A stretch of DNA of 64,000 bases, from NCBI RefSeq assembly GCF_036321535.1, contig NC_087436.1, forward strand, positions 59,522,001 to 59,586,000. The letters are read 5' to 3'. The notes under the pieces are model-generated. The model was given only the letters and a program-made list of their open reading frames with translations, was not told the origin of the DNA and did not search any database. Origin of the DNA: Camelus dromedarius (Eukaryota). Below are positions 63,571 through 64,000 of the stretch, piece after piece. Position 1 is the stretch's first letter. The number at the start of each line of letters is the position of its first letter. The translations under genes and the position numbers were made by a program.

Positions 63571-64000
63571 TAATACACATCTAAGGATGAATAGCACATG
63601 AACAGCTTAGACAACAAAAATAGTCTCCATGATTCCTACCAACAGTAATTCTTCTCCAGTATGCATTTAATTTTAATTCAACTCAGCAAGTACTTATCCA
63701 CTTATTCATTAGCCCAGCCAATATTAGGGAATTTATTATGAACAAGGCATTGTGCCCAGGACTGTCAGTTTTGTTGAGAAATATAATAATGGTTACTTCA
63801 GTACTGTAGCTAAAAACAAGGAAAGAAATCAGTATTTTAGCAAATTTAATTATGTGTAATCTCCCAAAGAAATAAGCATTTAGATATTCATATAAACTAT
63901 GTGTGATTATGCGCCAAACTGTGTGGTACCTAGGCAAATGAGTACCACGGATGACCCACTAAAGAAAAAATAGTGCATAATAAGATGAAAAATATTTTAG

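Noticed and set aside
1..64000. CRISPR arrays, prokaryotic operons or defence systems, tRNA, rRNA, known miRNA hairpins, processed pseudogenes
   Set aside because: The sequence is mammalian non-coding DNA. I saw no regularly spaced repeats, long ORFs or recognisable structural RNA by eye; an Infernal/Rfam scan would be needed to exclude small RNAs formally.

Overview
AT-rich, CpG-poor mammalian genomic DNA. The 3' ends of the youngest L1 copies resemble cetartiodactyl L1s, and I saw no ruminant, pig or cetacean SINEs, so a camelid is my best guess (inference). I recognise no protein-coding exon of a known gene and no rRNA, tRNA, miRNA or CRISPR array. The longer ORFs in the track are L1, LTR or microsatellite artefacts. 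The window is mostly ancient interspersed repeats (L1, L2, MIR, MaLR/ERVL/ERV1 LTRs, hAT MITEs), several nested or with intact target-site duplications (TSDs). Eight of nine LTRs and most L1s lie on +, which suggests a large intron or 5' region of a minus-strand host gene that I could not name. The most interesting non-repeat signals are three. (i) A candidate internal minus-strand promoter and first exon at about 30.9-31.6 kb, with MEF2, E-box, CACCC and NRF1-like motifs, ending in ATG-TTG-T at tandem donors. (ii) A series of candidate minus-strand microexons and cassette exons. (iii) A candidate spliced, polyadenylated antisense transcript at 11.8-12.5 kb with a 22-codon hydrophobic smORF. 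All three rest on motif reading alone, and I cannot demonstrate a new biological system from the sequence. Repeat family names and most repeat boundaries come from visual recognition and are approximate.
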